A DNA stretch of 64,000 bases. Origin: Octopus bimaculoides. Lineage: Eukaryota. Below, piece by piece: positions 35,911-50,591 of the stretch (position 1 is the first letter of the stretch; the number at the start of each line of letters is the position of its first letter). The translations under genes and the position numbers were made by a program. The stretch covers positions 46,224,698 through 46,288,697 of the forward strand of contig NC_068997.1 in the NCBI RefSeq assembly GCF_001194135.2, written 5' to 3'. Under the pieces are notes generated by a model. It did not search any database and was not told where the DNA came from. It was given only the letters and a program-made list of their open reading frames with translations.

Positions 35911-38900
35911 AAAGTAAACATGGTTTCTAATAAAAAAAGGTCTATATGGTTGTTTTGTTTTTTTACTTGTTTCAGTCAGTTGCGGCCAGGCCTTGGCATC
36001 ACTTTGAACAGTTTACTCAAACAGATCAACCCCAAGCTCTGTCGGGGCAAACCTATATCAACAATGGCTTAGAAATACAGAAGATACTGCCATAACTTTC
36101 AGCAAAAATAACCTTGTGTAATTACAATAAATGACCTCTGGAATGGCAATGAAAGTAAAGAAAACAAAATCAATGATAACCAGAAAGAAAACAACAGTCA
36201 CCTTAAAATAAATATTACAATTGATAGAAAACCAACTGCATGATTTTAGATAAGGAACAAAATCAACAAAATGTTGGATATCAATTCTCATAGTAAATAA
36301 ACGCGTCTTTTTTTCATGGCTTAGTTAGAGGAAGAAGGACAATGTCTCAGTTTCTTTTCAAGGCCTCTAAATACTTGAAAGAGGTGCCTTTAACCATTGT
36401 TCAAGGTACCTGAGGGCCCCAGGTAATAATGTTGAAATAGATGAGAGATTAAGTCTATAGCAATCAACTAAGAAGGCTAAGCTATGTGGTTAAGAAGCTT
36501 GCTTTGCAACCGTGTGATTTTGGGTTCAGTCCCACCATAGAGCACTTTAGACCAGTGTCTTCTACTATGACCCTGGACCAACCAATGCCGTGTGAGTCAA
36601 TTTGGGATAGACACTTTGTGGAAGCCAATTGTAAATATGTTTGTGTGTGTGTGTACACATACACACACAAGGGGTCCTTGAAAAATTCCTGGCTTTGGAT
36701 AAAAGAAAGTACAGGAAGATCAGTTTATTATGATTTTAATTCAACATATTCTCCTCTCAAAGGATAAAAGGCACAGCTGACCTCCGTGGAATTAGATCTC
36801 AGAATGTAAAGACAGACAAAATGCTGCTAAGTATTTGGCCTGGCGTATTAATGGTCCTGCTAGCTTGCTACCTTAGAGAAGAATTTAATATTAAATTTCT
36901 TTTGAACAGATTCAGTATTTCTCATTCATTAATAAAATGGCTATCATTTTTGACGACATCCGTATATAAGATATATATATAAACTTTGAATGTAAATTGT
37001 GACAGCAGGCAAAAATGACATTTCACAGGAAATTAAAGTACTAGGTGACTAATTTTTGATTCAGTTTCAAATGTCATTTGTGTCAGCATGCACACTTCAT
37101 TTAAATATACAAAATTAATTCTGAAATAAGGATTTTATTTACATACATAATTCTTAAATATAAAAACAATTTCAATAAAGATTTACTGTAATCACTAATA
37201 GGAAAATAATCCTTTCTACTAGGGGCCTGAGATTTTGGGGAAGGGACTTGTTGATAACATTGGCCCCAGTGCTTGAGCGGTACTTATTACTTTGACCCCA
37301 AAAGATAAAACACAAAGTTGACCTCAGCGGAATTTGAACTCAGAACGTAAAGGCGGACAAAATGCGACTAAGCATTTCGTCTGGCATGCTAACAATTCTG
37401 CCAGCTGTCACCTTATTAATGGAAAAATAATAATTTTCGTTATGCCTTCTTTTAAAAGATTAACTGTGAGTTTTAACCCTTTAACTGCGTAATTTTATTT
37501 TATGGGTTTTCCCATAATGATGTTAATTATCCACTAAAACATAGAATTGGTATTTTCTGAAAGTCACATTGCCTCATAATAAATTTGGCATATTTCAACA
37601 TAAGATATTTTGAAACCTGACATTCCTCAACAAAAGACAGATTGGTATATAAAACAGCTTTCTACAATTAAGGAAATAAAATTTTGAGTGGATATAATCT
37701 GATTTCTACAGTAAAAGTGTTAATAGGAAATCATCATCATCACCACTAACACCACCATCATCATTATCACCAATGTAACCACCACCATCATCATTAAGGT
37801 GGCGAGCTGGTAGAATCGTTAGCAGGCCGGGCAAAATGCTTGGCAACATTTCACCTGTCCTGATGTTCTGAGTTCAAATTCTGCTGGGGTTGACTGTGCC
37901 CTTCATCCTTTCAGAGTCGATAAAATATGTACCAGTTAAACACTGGGGTCAATTTAATCAACTCAGCCCCTCCCCTAAACCTTTTGGCTTTGTGACAAAA
38001 TTTGAAACCAGTATTATTATTATTATTATCATTATTATATTCACTTTTCCCATGATGGTATGGGTTAGGTGAGATTCCTTGAAGCAGTATTCTATAGCCA
38101 GATGCCCCTCCTGATGTCAAACCTTACTTGCTTTCAAATAAGGTACTTCATTCTACTGGTCTTTGCATGTTGCACTGCCAAGCTGTGGTACACACTGTTT
38201 ATTCAGAATATAAACAAACATCAAAAGCACTCACTACACTCTCGAAGTGGTTGGCGTTAGGAAGGGCATCCAGCTGTAGAAACTCTGCCAGATCAGATTG
38301 GAGCCTGGTGTAACCATCTGGTTCACCAGTCCTCAGTCAAATCGTCCAACCCATGCTAGCATGGAAAGCGGACGTTAAACGATGATGATGATCATCATGG
38401 GGATGACAGAGGACGGAGACTCCTGGAGGTTTGCTGCACTTGAAAAGACATGTTAAGCTAAGTAAAAGCATGGTTGCCCTTGCATGCAGGCTCACCCGCT
38501 GAGTATCCCACATAAAAAGCACCGATGCTGGTGCTGTGTAAAAGCACCCAGTACACTCTGTAAAGTGGTTGGCATTCGGAAGAGCATCCAGCTGTAGAAA
38601 CCATGCAAAAACAGACGGGGAGCGTGAACAGCCCTTCAGCTGGTCAGCTCCTGTCAAACTATGCAACCCATGCCAGCATGGAAAACAGACATATGATGAT
38701 AATGATGATGATGATATAGGTGCAGACATGGCTGTGTGGTTAAGAAACCTGCTTTGCAAGCACCTGGTTGAGTTCAGTCCCACAGTGTGGCACTTTAGGC
38801 AAGTAATTTCTACTACAGCCCCATGTTGACTGATGCTTTGTGAGTGAATTTGGTAACCAGAAACTATGTGGAAGCTTGTCATATATGTGTGTGTGTGTAT

Positions 38901-41486
38901 GTCGCTGTGTCTGTGTTTGTCCCCCCACCACCGCTTGACAACTGGTGCTGGTGTATTCATTTCCCTGTAACTTAGCAGTTTGGCAAAAGAGACCGATAGA
39001 ATAAGTCCTAGGCTTATAAAAAAAAATGTAAGTACTAAGGTTGATTCATTTGACTAAAAATTCAAGGCGGTGCCCCAGCATGGCCACAATCAAATGACTG
39101 AAACAAGTAAAAGAAAAGAACAAAAGAAATATACATACACCCACGCAGACACACACAGCTGTGACTACAGAGTAATCTCTGCCCAAAATATGAACAATAG
39201 CTTCAAGCTGATATGAACAGCTGATAAACAAACATTACTGAAAACTCAACTGATCTTCACAGATTTCTTATTTGCCCCACCCACTTTCTTCAGATCAATA
39301 GGGCTGATTATTGATAGGAGTCATATTGACAAAGAATAATCAAAGTTACCAAATAATGATTTTTAAAAATTAGGTATTAAATCTCTGAGTATGTGGGAGG
39401 AAAGTTCTGATGTTTAGTGCTTTGTTTAATGGTTCTCTCGTTTGTACAAGGTTTTGTTACATTAAGTGCAAGGTACAAAGCCTTATAGCATTGATGAAAG
39501 GGATTAGGTTAGAGACAGGGGGAAGGAGTCGGTTTTATCAAGGTTTATCGAAGACTTCTAAATGTGAGTAGCCGTGTAAGTCTACAATCAGAACCTGCTT
39601 TCCTTCCATGTATCTCGTACTTTAACCACTTGTCTCCTAGCAAAAAAGCCGTTACCTCGCCACACCTGGGAATTTGTAGTCTTGCAAGCAACATAGCAGC
39701 CTTATTGGTGCCAGCTGTGATGCAAAAAAGTACCAGTACATGTTGTAAAGCGATTGATGTTAGGAAGGGCATCAAGCCATTGAAACTATGTATGTCAGAA
39801 CGGACACAAAGGAATGCTACAGTCCTCTGGACCTGCTGGATCTTTTCTAGCCCTCAAACCCATGCCAGTAAAATAATAAGAGACAGAGATATTACAAAGA
39901 CCTAACTGCACCCCACCCATCTTCTTATATTAAAAGTTAATTCATGTTTTTTGTAATTAAGTTAATCTATAATTTTTATTAGTTATTGGAATGCTGGTCT
40001 GAAGTCCAAAGGTTCATTGGTGTGTGTGTATTATCACTGGCCATGTATTGTCTGTTGGACAAACACATTCTAATATTGATCTGGTAAGCTATCACATGCT
40101 GCCAGCATGAAAAGCAAACATTAAATGATGATGATGATGATGATGATGATGATGCCACAATCCAACAAAGGAGACCTATCATCATCATCATATTGTTTTA
40201 ACTTCCATATTTTGATGCTGGCATGAATCAGACAGAATTTGTTGAGGTAGAGTCTCTATGGCTGGATGCCCTTCCTGTTGCCAAATCCCCACCCCACTCC
40301 ACCTGTTTCTAAGCTAAGTAATATTTTCCCATGGCCAGACATGTTTTCATGGAAGATTGGAAATGAACGACACTGTTTGTATCATAGTAATGTTCATTTA
40401 CAATGTTGTGTGATGTCAAGACAAGGACACACACACACACACACACAGAGGGTGGGCCAAAAGTCACATGGAAAATAAATTCAATATGTTCTGGAATTGT
40501 CAAAGACATGCTTCATTTTTTTCTAAAATTGAATAAAATAAACAAAATAATGGTGAATACACATGTACTTTTACTTGATGAACAAAATGAATAATAATGG
40601 TTTCAAATTTTGGCACAAGGCCAGCAATTTCAGAGGAGGGGGGTAAGTTGATTACATGACATCATCGCCCAACTTGTACTTATTTTATCGATTCCAAAAG
40701 AATGAAAGGAAAAGTTGACCTTGGTGGAATCTGAACTCAGAACGCAAAGACAGACGAAATGTTGCTAAGCATTTTACCTGTGGTAACGATACTGCCAGGT
40801 CGTCGTCTTAGCAAAATAATGTATAATAATAGTGCCTTTAACAGTTTTATTGACCACACAATGATGAAAGAAAGTCAACCTTTGTAGGGGACAAACACAC
40901 ACACACACATATCTATCTATCTACACACACGACTGGCTTCTTTCAGTTTCCAAATCCACTCACAAGGCGTTGGTTAGCCTGAGGCTATAGTACAAGACAC
41001 TTGTCTGAGTTGCCATGCAGTGGGACTGAACCCAGAACCATGTGGTTGGAAGCGAATTTCATGAGGTCTCAAATTTGTATGGAAAGGATAGTAGCAAATA
41101 TGTGATCTTTTGGGAATATGTACATATTTGCACTTGCTTTCCCATCAGCAATCTGATGAGACTAAGTACTCAAATTGTCAGGTAATGTTACATTGGGAAA
41201 GGATGGTGTCCAGTTCAAGATGACATTTATCTTCAGTTCATTTCATTTGGAAATTTAGTTAAATACTGATTCTCAAGAGGCTTTCTGGACCAAAGAGACA
41301 TTCATTTTTAATGTCATTAGAAGAAAGTAATTTTTTATCCAATGAAAGACGATAGTAATGAAAGTATTACTTGAATCATGAAACTTTATTTCTCCTCATA
41401 GCACACCAGTATATACTATCATATATATATTTGTTTTACACATTGACACTTACAAATGTAATCCCCTTTCCTTTCATGTCCTTGAA

Positions 41487-41781
41487 CAGAGGTTGGGGAA
41501 CTTCTTTAACCAGTTACCCCAAAATATATATATTTATGCTGACGTTACCCGCTAGATTTGAAAGGAAAAAAAATCATAGATTCTTTGAATTCAAAAGGTT
41601 TATTGAATCTATTTACACGTTCATTACATTGGACAGATTCAGTGTTGCTAGAAGAAAAAATTCTGTTGTAATGGAACACATTTTTCATGTAATTTTACTT
41701 ATATCTAATGAGTTCTTATTATCCCCAAGAATTTCCTTTTTACCCTACTTGGGGTAATTTACCCCAGTTTGCCAACCCCTG
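41487..41781. mobile_element. hAT (Charlie-like) MITE
   Basis: CAGAGGTTGGGGAAC ... GTTTGCCAACCCCTG. Flanks tccttgaa and acctagaa match 6/8 as a TSD. Confidence 0.7.
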
Positions 41782-43429
41782 ACCTAGAACCTTGGTTATC
41801 ATTCCTATTAATCTACTGCCTTTCGGTTGCACCAGTTGAAATGACAGAGTAATAAAGTACAAGCTAAAGAGTAGATGGTTTGCATCTTTTTAAGTGTGAT
41901 GGTTTCAGAAAGGTTAACCATTCATAATACAATAACAGAAATCCCTAGCTAGGTAGTGAAATACATGCATAAAAACTCATCAATAAATGAAGATGCTAGT
42001 GATACTACATAGGATTTAATTGCTAGACATTTAACTCTTACAAGCCCAGTCCATTTAGCTGTGAATATGTACCAAACAATGCTCTGTGCAGTCACATACA
42101 TGACAAGTATTATGTTAGCTTGTAGTGCTGAGCTAAAGAACAAGCTAAGATCCTGAGATCTTACATAAATTCTCCCTTTGATAATGCTGAAAGTGTTTCA
42201 TCTACAAGATCTCCAGATGTCATCAGCATATTATTTTATGTCTGCTGTTTAGCTTTGGATCATCCCTGACTGCAGGTAACCTATGAACAAGTGTGCTCCA
42301 GCTGTGATCAACCTTTCTTTAAATCACTGTTTGAGATTACATTATTACGTGTCATTCATAGGTGTGGTTTGAGAGAGGTTTGCAGCTATTTTTCGCAAGT
42401 CAGATCACCTAGAGCAGGGGTTCTCAAACATTTTTTTTTATCTATGGACTCCTTTGATTAATATTTTATTCCGGTGGGCCCCCATTGCCATTCGATGTTT
42501 AAAAACTAATTTTGCAGAAACTTCTTTCAAAATTCCTTTTTTTTTTTTCACACATTCACTCATGTAGGTTGAACTATTTAAAATGTTAGAGAAAGAAACC
42601 TAGCTGTTTCTTGCACTACATACCAACACATACATCTAAAGCAAATTTTTTTCAGGGGTCCTTAAAATACTATAGTGGATTTACTATTTTGTTGCGTCGA
42701 CACCCCACTCCAATCTGATATAGACCCTGGTTGAGAACAAAAAATCTAGAGGTTGCAGCAGTTGCTCGTAGGAATTGAAGTTATAGAAGTTGGTGCCACA
42801 GAGGGCTGAGTTCAAATTTCTCCGGCACTGAAAATAAGTGCCTGTAAATAAGCAAGTTTGATCTAAATAACTATAAACTCACCATTTCTTCAGAAATGGT
42901 TTCGTCACTCGCCAAATATGAAGCACTACATGGTTCTGTCTTGTTTAGCTCTAAGCAAACTCTGATTGACCAAACTTATGATTAAAAGAATTCCACTCAA
43001 GACTACATTCTTCAATGTGTCCTCTCTTTTCTAAGGCAGTGTATAATATTAGGAAAATTTGGTTGTTATTTCTAACAGGTAGAACGGATGAACACACAGA
43101 GACCAGGGCCACCTTAGTATCATTATAGACCCCTATAGTATTTATTATCTACTGACGGTAAGCCACAACATACATAGATTAGAACTGGGTCTCCGGGCAA
43201 CTGTTCAGTGTCCACGTTTAAAGAAGGCTCTGGCAGAGACTCTCTCGTTGACACTATAGATGTGATAAGTCTTAAATATATGGTATACATAAATCACTAC
43301 ATCTAGCTAGTATCGCACACAGTTGTTTTCAGTTCGAATACAATTTACTCAGAGCTGATTTACTTGATATATAAATACGTCGGTATTTAAGACCGAAGGA
43401 TTGGTTAGCGTCATGCTTCAACAAGCCGT

Positions 43430-43474
<45 letters not shown>

Positions 43475-46140
43475 CATAGCAGATATATAAGCGTAAAGAA
43501 TATATTTCAACCAGTTTAGTCAACTATTTGTAGATCACTTTTGTGATCAACAAATAGTTAACATCAAGTTAGCATATAAGGAGGTGCGACCTTACCTTAC
43601 ATGATAAACATGGAACAAAAACATTAGAAAATTGACGNNNNNNNNNNNNNNNNNNNNNNNNNNNNNNNNNNNNNNNNNNNNNNNNNNNNNNNNNNNNNNN
43701 NNNNNNNNNNNNNNNNNNNNNNNNNNNNNNNNNNNNNNNNNNNNNNNNNNNNNNNNNNNNNNNNNNNNNNNNNNNNNNNNNNNNNNNNNNNNNNNNNNNN
43801 NNNNNNNNNNNNNNNNNNNNNNNNNNNNNNNNNNNNNNNNNNNNNNNNNNNNNNNNNNNNNNNNNNNNNNNNNNNNNNNNNNNNNNNNNNNNNNNNNNNN
43901 NNNNNNNNNNNNNNNNNNNNNNNNNNNNNNNNNNNNNNNNNNNNNNNNNNNNNNNNNNNNNNNNNNNNNNNNNNNNNNNNNNNNNNNNNNNNNNNNNNNN
44001 NNNNNNNNNNNNNNNNNNNNNNNNNNNNNNNNNNNNNNNNNNNNNNNNNNNNNNNNNNNNNNNNNNNNNNNNNNNNNNNNNNNNNNNNNNNNNNNNNNNN
44101 NNNNNNNNNNNNNNNNNNNNNNNNNNNNNNNNNNNNNNNNNNNNNNNNNNNNNNNNNNNNNNNNNNNNNNNNNNNNNNNNNNNNNNNNNNNNNNNNNNNN
44201 NNNNNNNNNNNNNNNNNNNNNNNNNNNNNNNNNNNNNNNNNNNNNNNNNNNNNNNNNNNNNNNNNNNNNNNNNNNNNNNNNNNNNNNNNNNNNNNNNNNN
44301 NNNNNNNNNNNNNNNNNNNNNNNNNNNNNNNNNNNNNNNNNNNNNNNNNNNNNNNNNNNNNNNNNNNNNNNNNNNNNNNNNNNNNNNNNNNNNNNNNNNN
44401 NNNNNNNNNNNNNNNNNNNNNNNNNATTTATTTACTATTTCCATTAATCCAAGCAAAATAAAAATGAAAAATAAATTTATAAGTAAATAAAAACAGCAAT
44501 GCAAAATAATGCGATGGGGTAAAACAATGAAAGTTAATTTGTAAAACGTAAGGTGTATGGGAAATAAATCAAGCCATTTTCTAAAGGGATAACAACTTTT
44601 TATACTCACAATAGTATTTGGAAATTAAATGTTATTTTGACTACAAAATAAATGGAGAAAGACAAAAAGTGATCGTAAAAGGGCTGACAGAAGAAGAGGT
44701 ACTGACAGTTATTTAGTTGGAAATCGAAAACATTAGAGAAACTGGGAGCAGTTAAGAAATTGAGAGAGTTAGAAGAGAAGACGTGTCGCGGTGGAAATCA
44801 AACTCTACAGACGGTGGGAGAGAACATAACGGACGGAACAGAAATTAGAAAGACACCGTTTCCTCCCTCCCCCTTGTTACGGGTAGATAGTGGTGGGGGA
44901 TGTGTAAGTTGGGATTCATTAGAGTTATCACGTGATTATCTCACATGATAAAACAAACCCTTTTTTAAAAGGGATTTATTTTAACCCCTTTTTTTCCAAC
45001 GTATTTCACTGTATTTGTGTCTTCGTATTCCTTTCCAGTTTCCTTCCGCCTCATAATATTTATTCTCTCCCCTCTCGTAGCATTTTCTCTCTCTTTCATT
45101 CCCTCTCGTTTTCTTTCCCCTATCCCTTTCTTTATCCCTTTTTTTCTTCTCTTCCTTCTACTTTTGTTAACTTGGGCGCGAAGGGTGACAGTAAGACGCA
45201 TTTTTCTCCCTCTCCCCCATCAATTCTCCAGTTGTTTTATTACCCCACACGTCATCACGATGTTCTTCACCCTGTTACTGATTATAATGACGATGTCGAT
45301 ATTAACGACGTTATACGTATGAATGTATTGCAAGCATTCATTTCGTTTCTGCAACTTCACACTGTCGTCCCTTAATCTTTCTCACCGTCGCACGTACAAG
45401 ACCAATCAACATAAACTCACTCTCTCCTTCTCTAACCCTCCCTCTTTTTCCCTTCCCCTCTTCCTCTCTATCCTTACCGCTACTCGTTCTTTCATTCTCT
45501 GCCTTTCTCTCTATTCCTACCTCCACCTTTTCTCTTTTTTCCTCTGTGCTTTATCTGTGTCCTCTGTCTCCTTCTCTTCCTTCGTCTCAATTTGTCTCTC
45601 CCCCCTCCATTTCCTATAACTCCCACCCTTACCTCCTCTTCATTTCTCATTAACAAATTACAGCAGAGCGAGAGCGCCGCTGCCTTGCTTTGAAACAACA
45701 GGGCGAAGCGGAGGAGGATGATCGGACCGTGCTGGTGTCCCTCAACAAACTAATGTCTCCAACACANNNNNNNNNNNNNNNNNNNNNNNNNNNNNNNNNN
45801 NNNNNNNNNNNNNNNNNNNNNNNNNNNNNNNNNNNNNNNNNNNNNNNNNNNNNNNNNNNNNNNNNNNNNNNNNNNNNNNNNNNNNNNNNNNNNNNNNNNN
45901 NNNNNNNNNNNNNNNNNNNNNNNNNNNNNNNNNNNNNNNNNNNNNNNNNNNNNNNNNNNNNNNNNNNNNNNNNNNNNNNNNNNNNNNNNNNNNNNNNNNN
46001 NNNNNNNNNNNNNNNNNNNNNNNNNNNNNNNNNNNNNNNNNNNNNNNNNNNNNNNNNNNNNNNNNNNNNNNNNNNNNNNNNNNNNNNNNNNNNNNNNNNN
46101 NNNNNNNNNNNNNNNNNNNNNNNNNNNNNNNNNNNNNNNN

Positions 46141-46187
<47 letters not shown>

Positions 46188-47011
46188 TATATAACGACAA
46201 AGTATAACACGTACACGTGCGCGTGTACGCAGAACAACATTCCTATTGTTTGTGTGTATGTTTGCATGTTTATAGGTGTAAATAGAGAAATTGTATAGAT
46301 TTCGAAAATGGACAGCTAGAAAAGTGGAAGTAAAAGTTACAACTGTTAGACAGGGACACATGAACACATATTTAACGACTTGCATACACGTAACTAAGAA
46401 ATATATATTGTGCATGTGCGTGTAGCGTTGTATGAGGATAACCGTTGGTATGTATGTTTGAGTTGTCTGTTGTCCTGGTCGTTAACTTCCTCAACGGATA
46501 GCAATACAAAACAAGCAAGAACTAGTAATAGATCCCAGCCATCTCTATCTCTTATTATAGGCTCCTATCTGTCACTCCCTCATCTGTTTGTCTGTCTATC
46601 TTTTATTGTATCAATAGTCTTATACACACACACACACACGCACACACACAAAGATAAACGGGGATTGTTGGTATTGAACCCCAGGCAGGTCAGTTGACCT
46701 GAACGAACAAGCAGTGTGCCATTGGAAGGAGGTTTGTGTGACCCATGTAAGCAGCTCCCTCGTTGGCTTGAAAACAAGTGGGGTTTTAACGGACGTGTTA
46801 AAAACACTTAACCAGCAACAGAAGAACATTTACCATTTACAAACGACAATAAGTAGCAGCAGCAAGGAGACCGGGCAGTTGTTAGTGCCAAGTCTTATTG
46901 GTGGTGGTGGTTCATGTTTTTGAAGAGAAACACTTACTTGGTAACAATAACAACTCTACAGATCGATGTAACCATGCAGTTGGAGGGGTATACCAATGTC
47001 GTCTTTCCAAA

Positions 47012-47080
47012 ATGATTGGAGACGACAACGAATTGGATGTCAGAGAGCAAGTTTTTCACAATGCCATTCGCGAACATGTC
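47012..47080 (+). CDS. LMBR1: LMBR1 / LMBR1L / lilipod orthologue, first coding exon
   Basis: MIGDDNELDVREQVFHNAIREHV|gtaagt. Matches, from memory, human LMBR1 EVSAREQHFHSQVREST and fly lilipod QLFHNTVREHI. Strong phase-0 donor at the expected position. Exon 2 was not identified in the remaining 17 kb. Confidence 0.75.
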
Positions 47081-47319
47081 GTAAGTAGAAGAAAAAACGG
47101 CAGCACCAGTTGCCTTAATTATTCTTCATTTTTACATTCATTCTGTATTTCTGATCTTCTGTTTCATCCCTCTGGAAAAAAAAAAATGGTAACAAGCGGT
47201 TTCCTTCTACTTAGAAATTATTATTAATGTTTGTTTCATCTTTCTAGGATAGATTGAATAACAGTTAAGTGTTGTGTTGAACTTCATATATGAACTATAC
47301 TTTTTTGATAAATACGCAT

Positions 47320-47383
<64 letters not shown>

Positions 47384-50300
47384 ATATATATATGTGTGTG
47401 TGGTTGTGTGTCAGAGATAAACATTAAACATGAGTCACATACAATGAATATTTTTCAGTTATGCACGTACACACACCTGGATGCCTAACTGACCATTTAA
47501 TTTCATAATTTCGGGCTTATGACCCTTGTAGGCTTTGAGACACGTAGGATATCCCTCTCTTATTTTTTGTATGTAAATGTAGTCGAAAGTCTCGCTGGAG
47601 TCGTGTTCCATAAAATAAATACCAGTCGTGTATTCGATCCTTAAACTAATCGATTATATCTCTCCCCCCCCCCNNNNNNNNNNACCTTCCTATAGATGAG
47701 CATTGTGTAGATGTAAGAAGTTGCTGTTATATATTTGTGATATTCTGAGTTCAAATCCCAACAGTTGCTTTACAGACTAATTCAGGCCTCTTCGAGGTCA
47801 ACTGTGACGTACGTCGTCTAGTGATCGATAAAATCATTCTATCGTCTTACTGTTTACTTTTGTGAAGTATACTCTTTTAAACTGGATTGTTCTCTGATTT
47901 ACTTTTAATGTTTTTAGTTATTTCATGCAATATATAAATGATAGCCACTAAATGCTTTGGGATCGAATTCTGTTTCTATAATGAATCCTGAATATGAATG
48001 GAATTTTATTAGACTATCGTTTCTCGCTCCGTAGTTAGTAAAAAAAAAAAAAAAAAAAAAGCTAGAATGTTGCGCTGCCCCAGCATGGTCGCAGTCTAAT
48101 GACTGAAACAAGCAAAATATAAAAGATGTGTTAGAATAGTGATAATCAAGTTATACCACCAGATATCACTTCCTACTTCAGCAAGAAATCAATACTTGTT
48201 GCAACTGATCCTGACCTCCTGATTCCAAGTTCAGAACACTGCAAAGTGAATGAAATACATATCATTAATAATAAATATAATTTGTTCTTTTGAGATTATA
48301 CTCAGTCGAACTGGTTTTCGTTTTCCAGTTGCATTTTCTCTTAACGTCGCAAAAGCCTCCCTGGAATGAAAACATTCAGTATTTGTCAACTATGTTCTGT
48401 GGATAATTAGTCACATTGTATTTCGTCTTCAAATTCTATTCGGTGTCGTTGTTTGCTTTTCAACACTCATACCGGGGTCAATAGATCTTGTATATAACAT
48501 ATAATGTAGTTGTTTTGTTTCACTTATTTTAAACCCCCAATTCTGTACAAATTTCTGGCCTTGTGCCAATTTAGAAAAAAATATATATGCATTTATTAAG
48601 GTACTTTACTGCATTTAGTTTTGTTAGTTGGGCTTGCTGTCTAGTTTCGATTTCAGATTGAATGAAGCTTAACCTCGTTAATTAATTAATTATCAATTTG
48701 ATAAGATAAAAGAAAAGATAATTGAACACCCCCTCCTATCTTCAATTTTGAAACGTCATACCTATACAAGAGACTAACTACTACCACTACTACAAGTGGC
48801 CATGCTACCCATGACACAATTCTCACTCATGTTTCAACCAGTGCTACCGTTTGTTTACGCTCTAACATGGTGTCTTTCTTTGTTGCTGTTCCCGTTAGGA
48901 TTGAAAGAGGTGTCTCCTAAAGAATTCTTCTCTATTTTGTTTTAATCCTTTCGCACACTATACCAGATTGAGTTCAAAATCTCACTCACTGGCCAGTTCG
49001 ATTTACTGATTGCTTAAGGTACACGACCCTCAATCTCTTCTAACATTACATTAATACTACCACGTAGGTAATACTTCTCAGATTGTAAGTGCAAATGCGT
49101 AACACAGGTTTTTTTTCTCTTCTTTTACAAGTCCTAGCGATGTCAAGTGAAAGGTTGCAATTGAAATCGAAACCAGGTCACCGACAAAGTACATTTTACT
49201 TGCATTTGGATTTCTTATCTCTTTCTTCCCTGTTTCGTTCTTCAATCCAGTCACTATCGTTGTAGTATTTTCTAAATCGTGTTAGATTGTTTTCCCCAGT
49301 GGTTGGGAAGTTGTGGTTTATATTTTGTATCAATGGTGGAGGTATATAACACTTAAAGGCCCAGGTTATAGAGCGGAGAATAAGTTGCTGTTTTGCCCCA
49401 GGTCAAGCATGTTCGAGCTGACGTATGATTAATGCTATTCCAACCTTAACCATCCGTTTGGGAAATGTATTTGGCGGAAATCTGGTTTAAGCACCCCATA
49501 TAATCCCTCACTCTAGTACTAACATTATCAAATGCTGCCTTATCGATCATGTGGGAATTCCCGCGGAAAGTTCAGTAAGGGGGTAGCCTATACCTTATTT
49601 GTCAAAGGTGGCAGAAGATATATCATAATTAATGCGTTCCATTTACTTTAATGTTACATTCAAATAGTCGATCTTTGAATTTTGGAAAGTGAAAGTGATG
49701 TCCTAAAGTCAAGGATCGCTCACGTCTGCATGGATTAAGACGCTTGGACAGTGGCGTCCACTGTCGAGAGTGAAAACTGAATCTTAACAATTAAACACTT
49801 GATGTCCTAGCGGGAAATAAAAAAAACAAAAACCCTCTACACGTCGCCTATCTGTGTATCACATGTGATACATTGGGCATATTTCCCTGGTATCAATGCA
49901 TCATATATGGTACACATTTCTAATTTTCTCAACCACCAAATTTGGAACTTATGAAAGGACACCTCTATATTATTCATAGCATTTCTCGTAGGAGAAAGGG
50001 GCTGACTAAAAATCTGGATACAACCATTGACGTTTGGGACAAACTTATGAAAATGCTTTGGACTAGCAAAGGTTATGTATTTAACCTCCCTCTCAGAGAC
50101 TAGTTGTGAAGGGTCCTGCTTAGATGACACCCTATCAACAGTCGCCTCCTTTTTCGTCAGTGTCACCCATCATCAGACATTCTCTCGCGTCTCTACTTGG
50201 ATGATGAAGAATGAAGGAATGACTAACTTGGTTTTGGATGGAAGACGGGGATAAACTGTTGAGATAGTAATGTTGTTTTCTGTCCGTATACTGGTGTAAT

Positions 50301-50555
50301 ACGTGTACATCATGACTCATGTAAATTTATAGATGATGTTACTTCTATCATTACACACACGTCATACTCCTTATTATTGTGTTTTTATAACATAATAGTA
50401 CCCCTTTTATTATTATTTTTTAAATTTTATTTAAAGTCATTTAGTAAGTTTAAAGTTCTGAAAAAGTAAAATTTACACAAAACTTCATCCACAAGTTTGT
50501 ATTTACATACTTATTCTTATTAATATATATGTGTAATGGCATTTATACACCATCC

Positions 50556-50591
<36 letters not shown>

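Noticed and set aside
36058-36291. Asn/Lys/Glu-rich plus-strand stretch that looks coding
   Set aside because: All frames are interrupted by stops within ~50 codons and there is no recognisable homology or compatible splice pair.
32910-47080. MTRR head-to-head with an LMBR1-family gene as a possible vitamin B12 gene cluster
   Set aside because: The cobalamin exporter is LMBRD1. The exon here matches the LMBR1/lilipod N-terminus, a different protein. The two starts are ~14 kb apart with many repeats between them.
49837-50320. Minus-strand ORFs of 109 and 61 aa in LMBR1 intron 1
   Set aside because: No recognisable domain or splice support. Length is compatible with chance.
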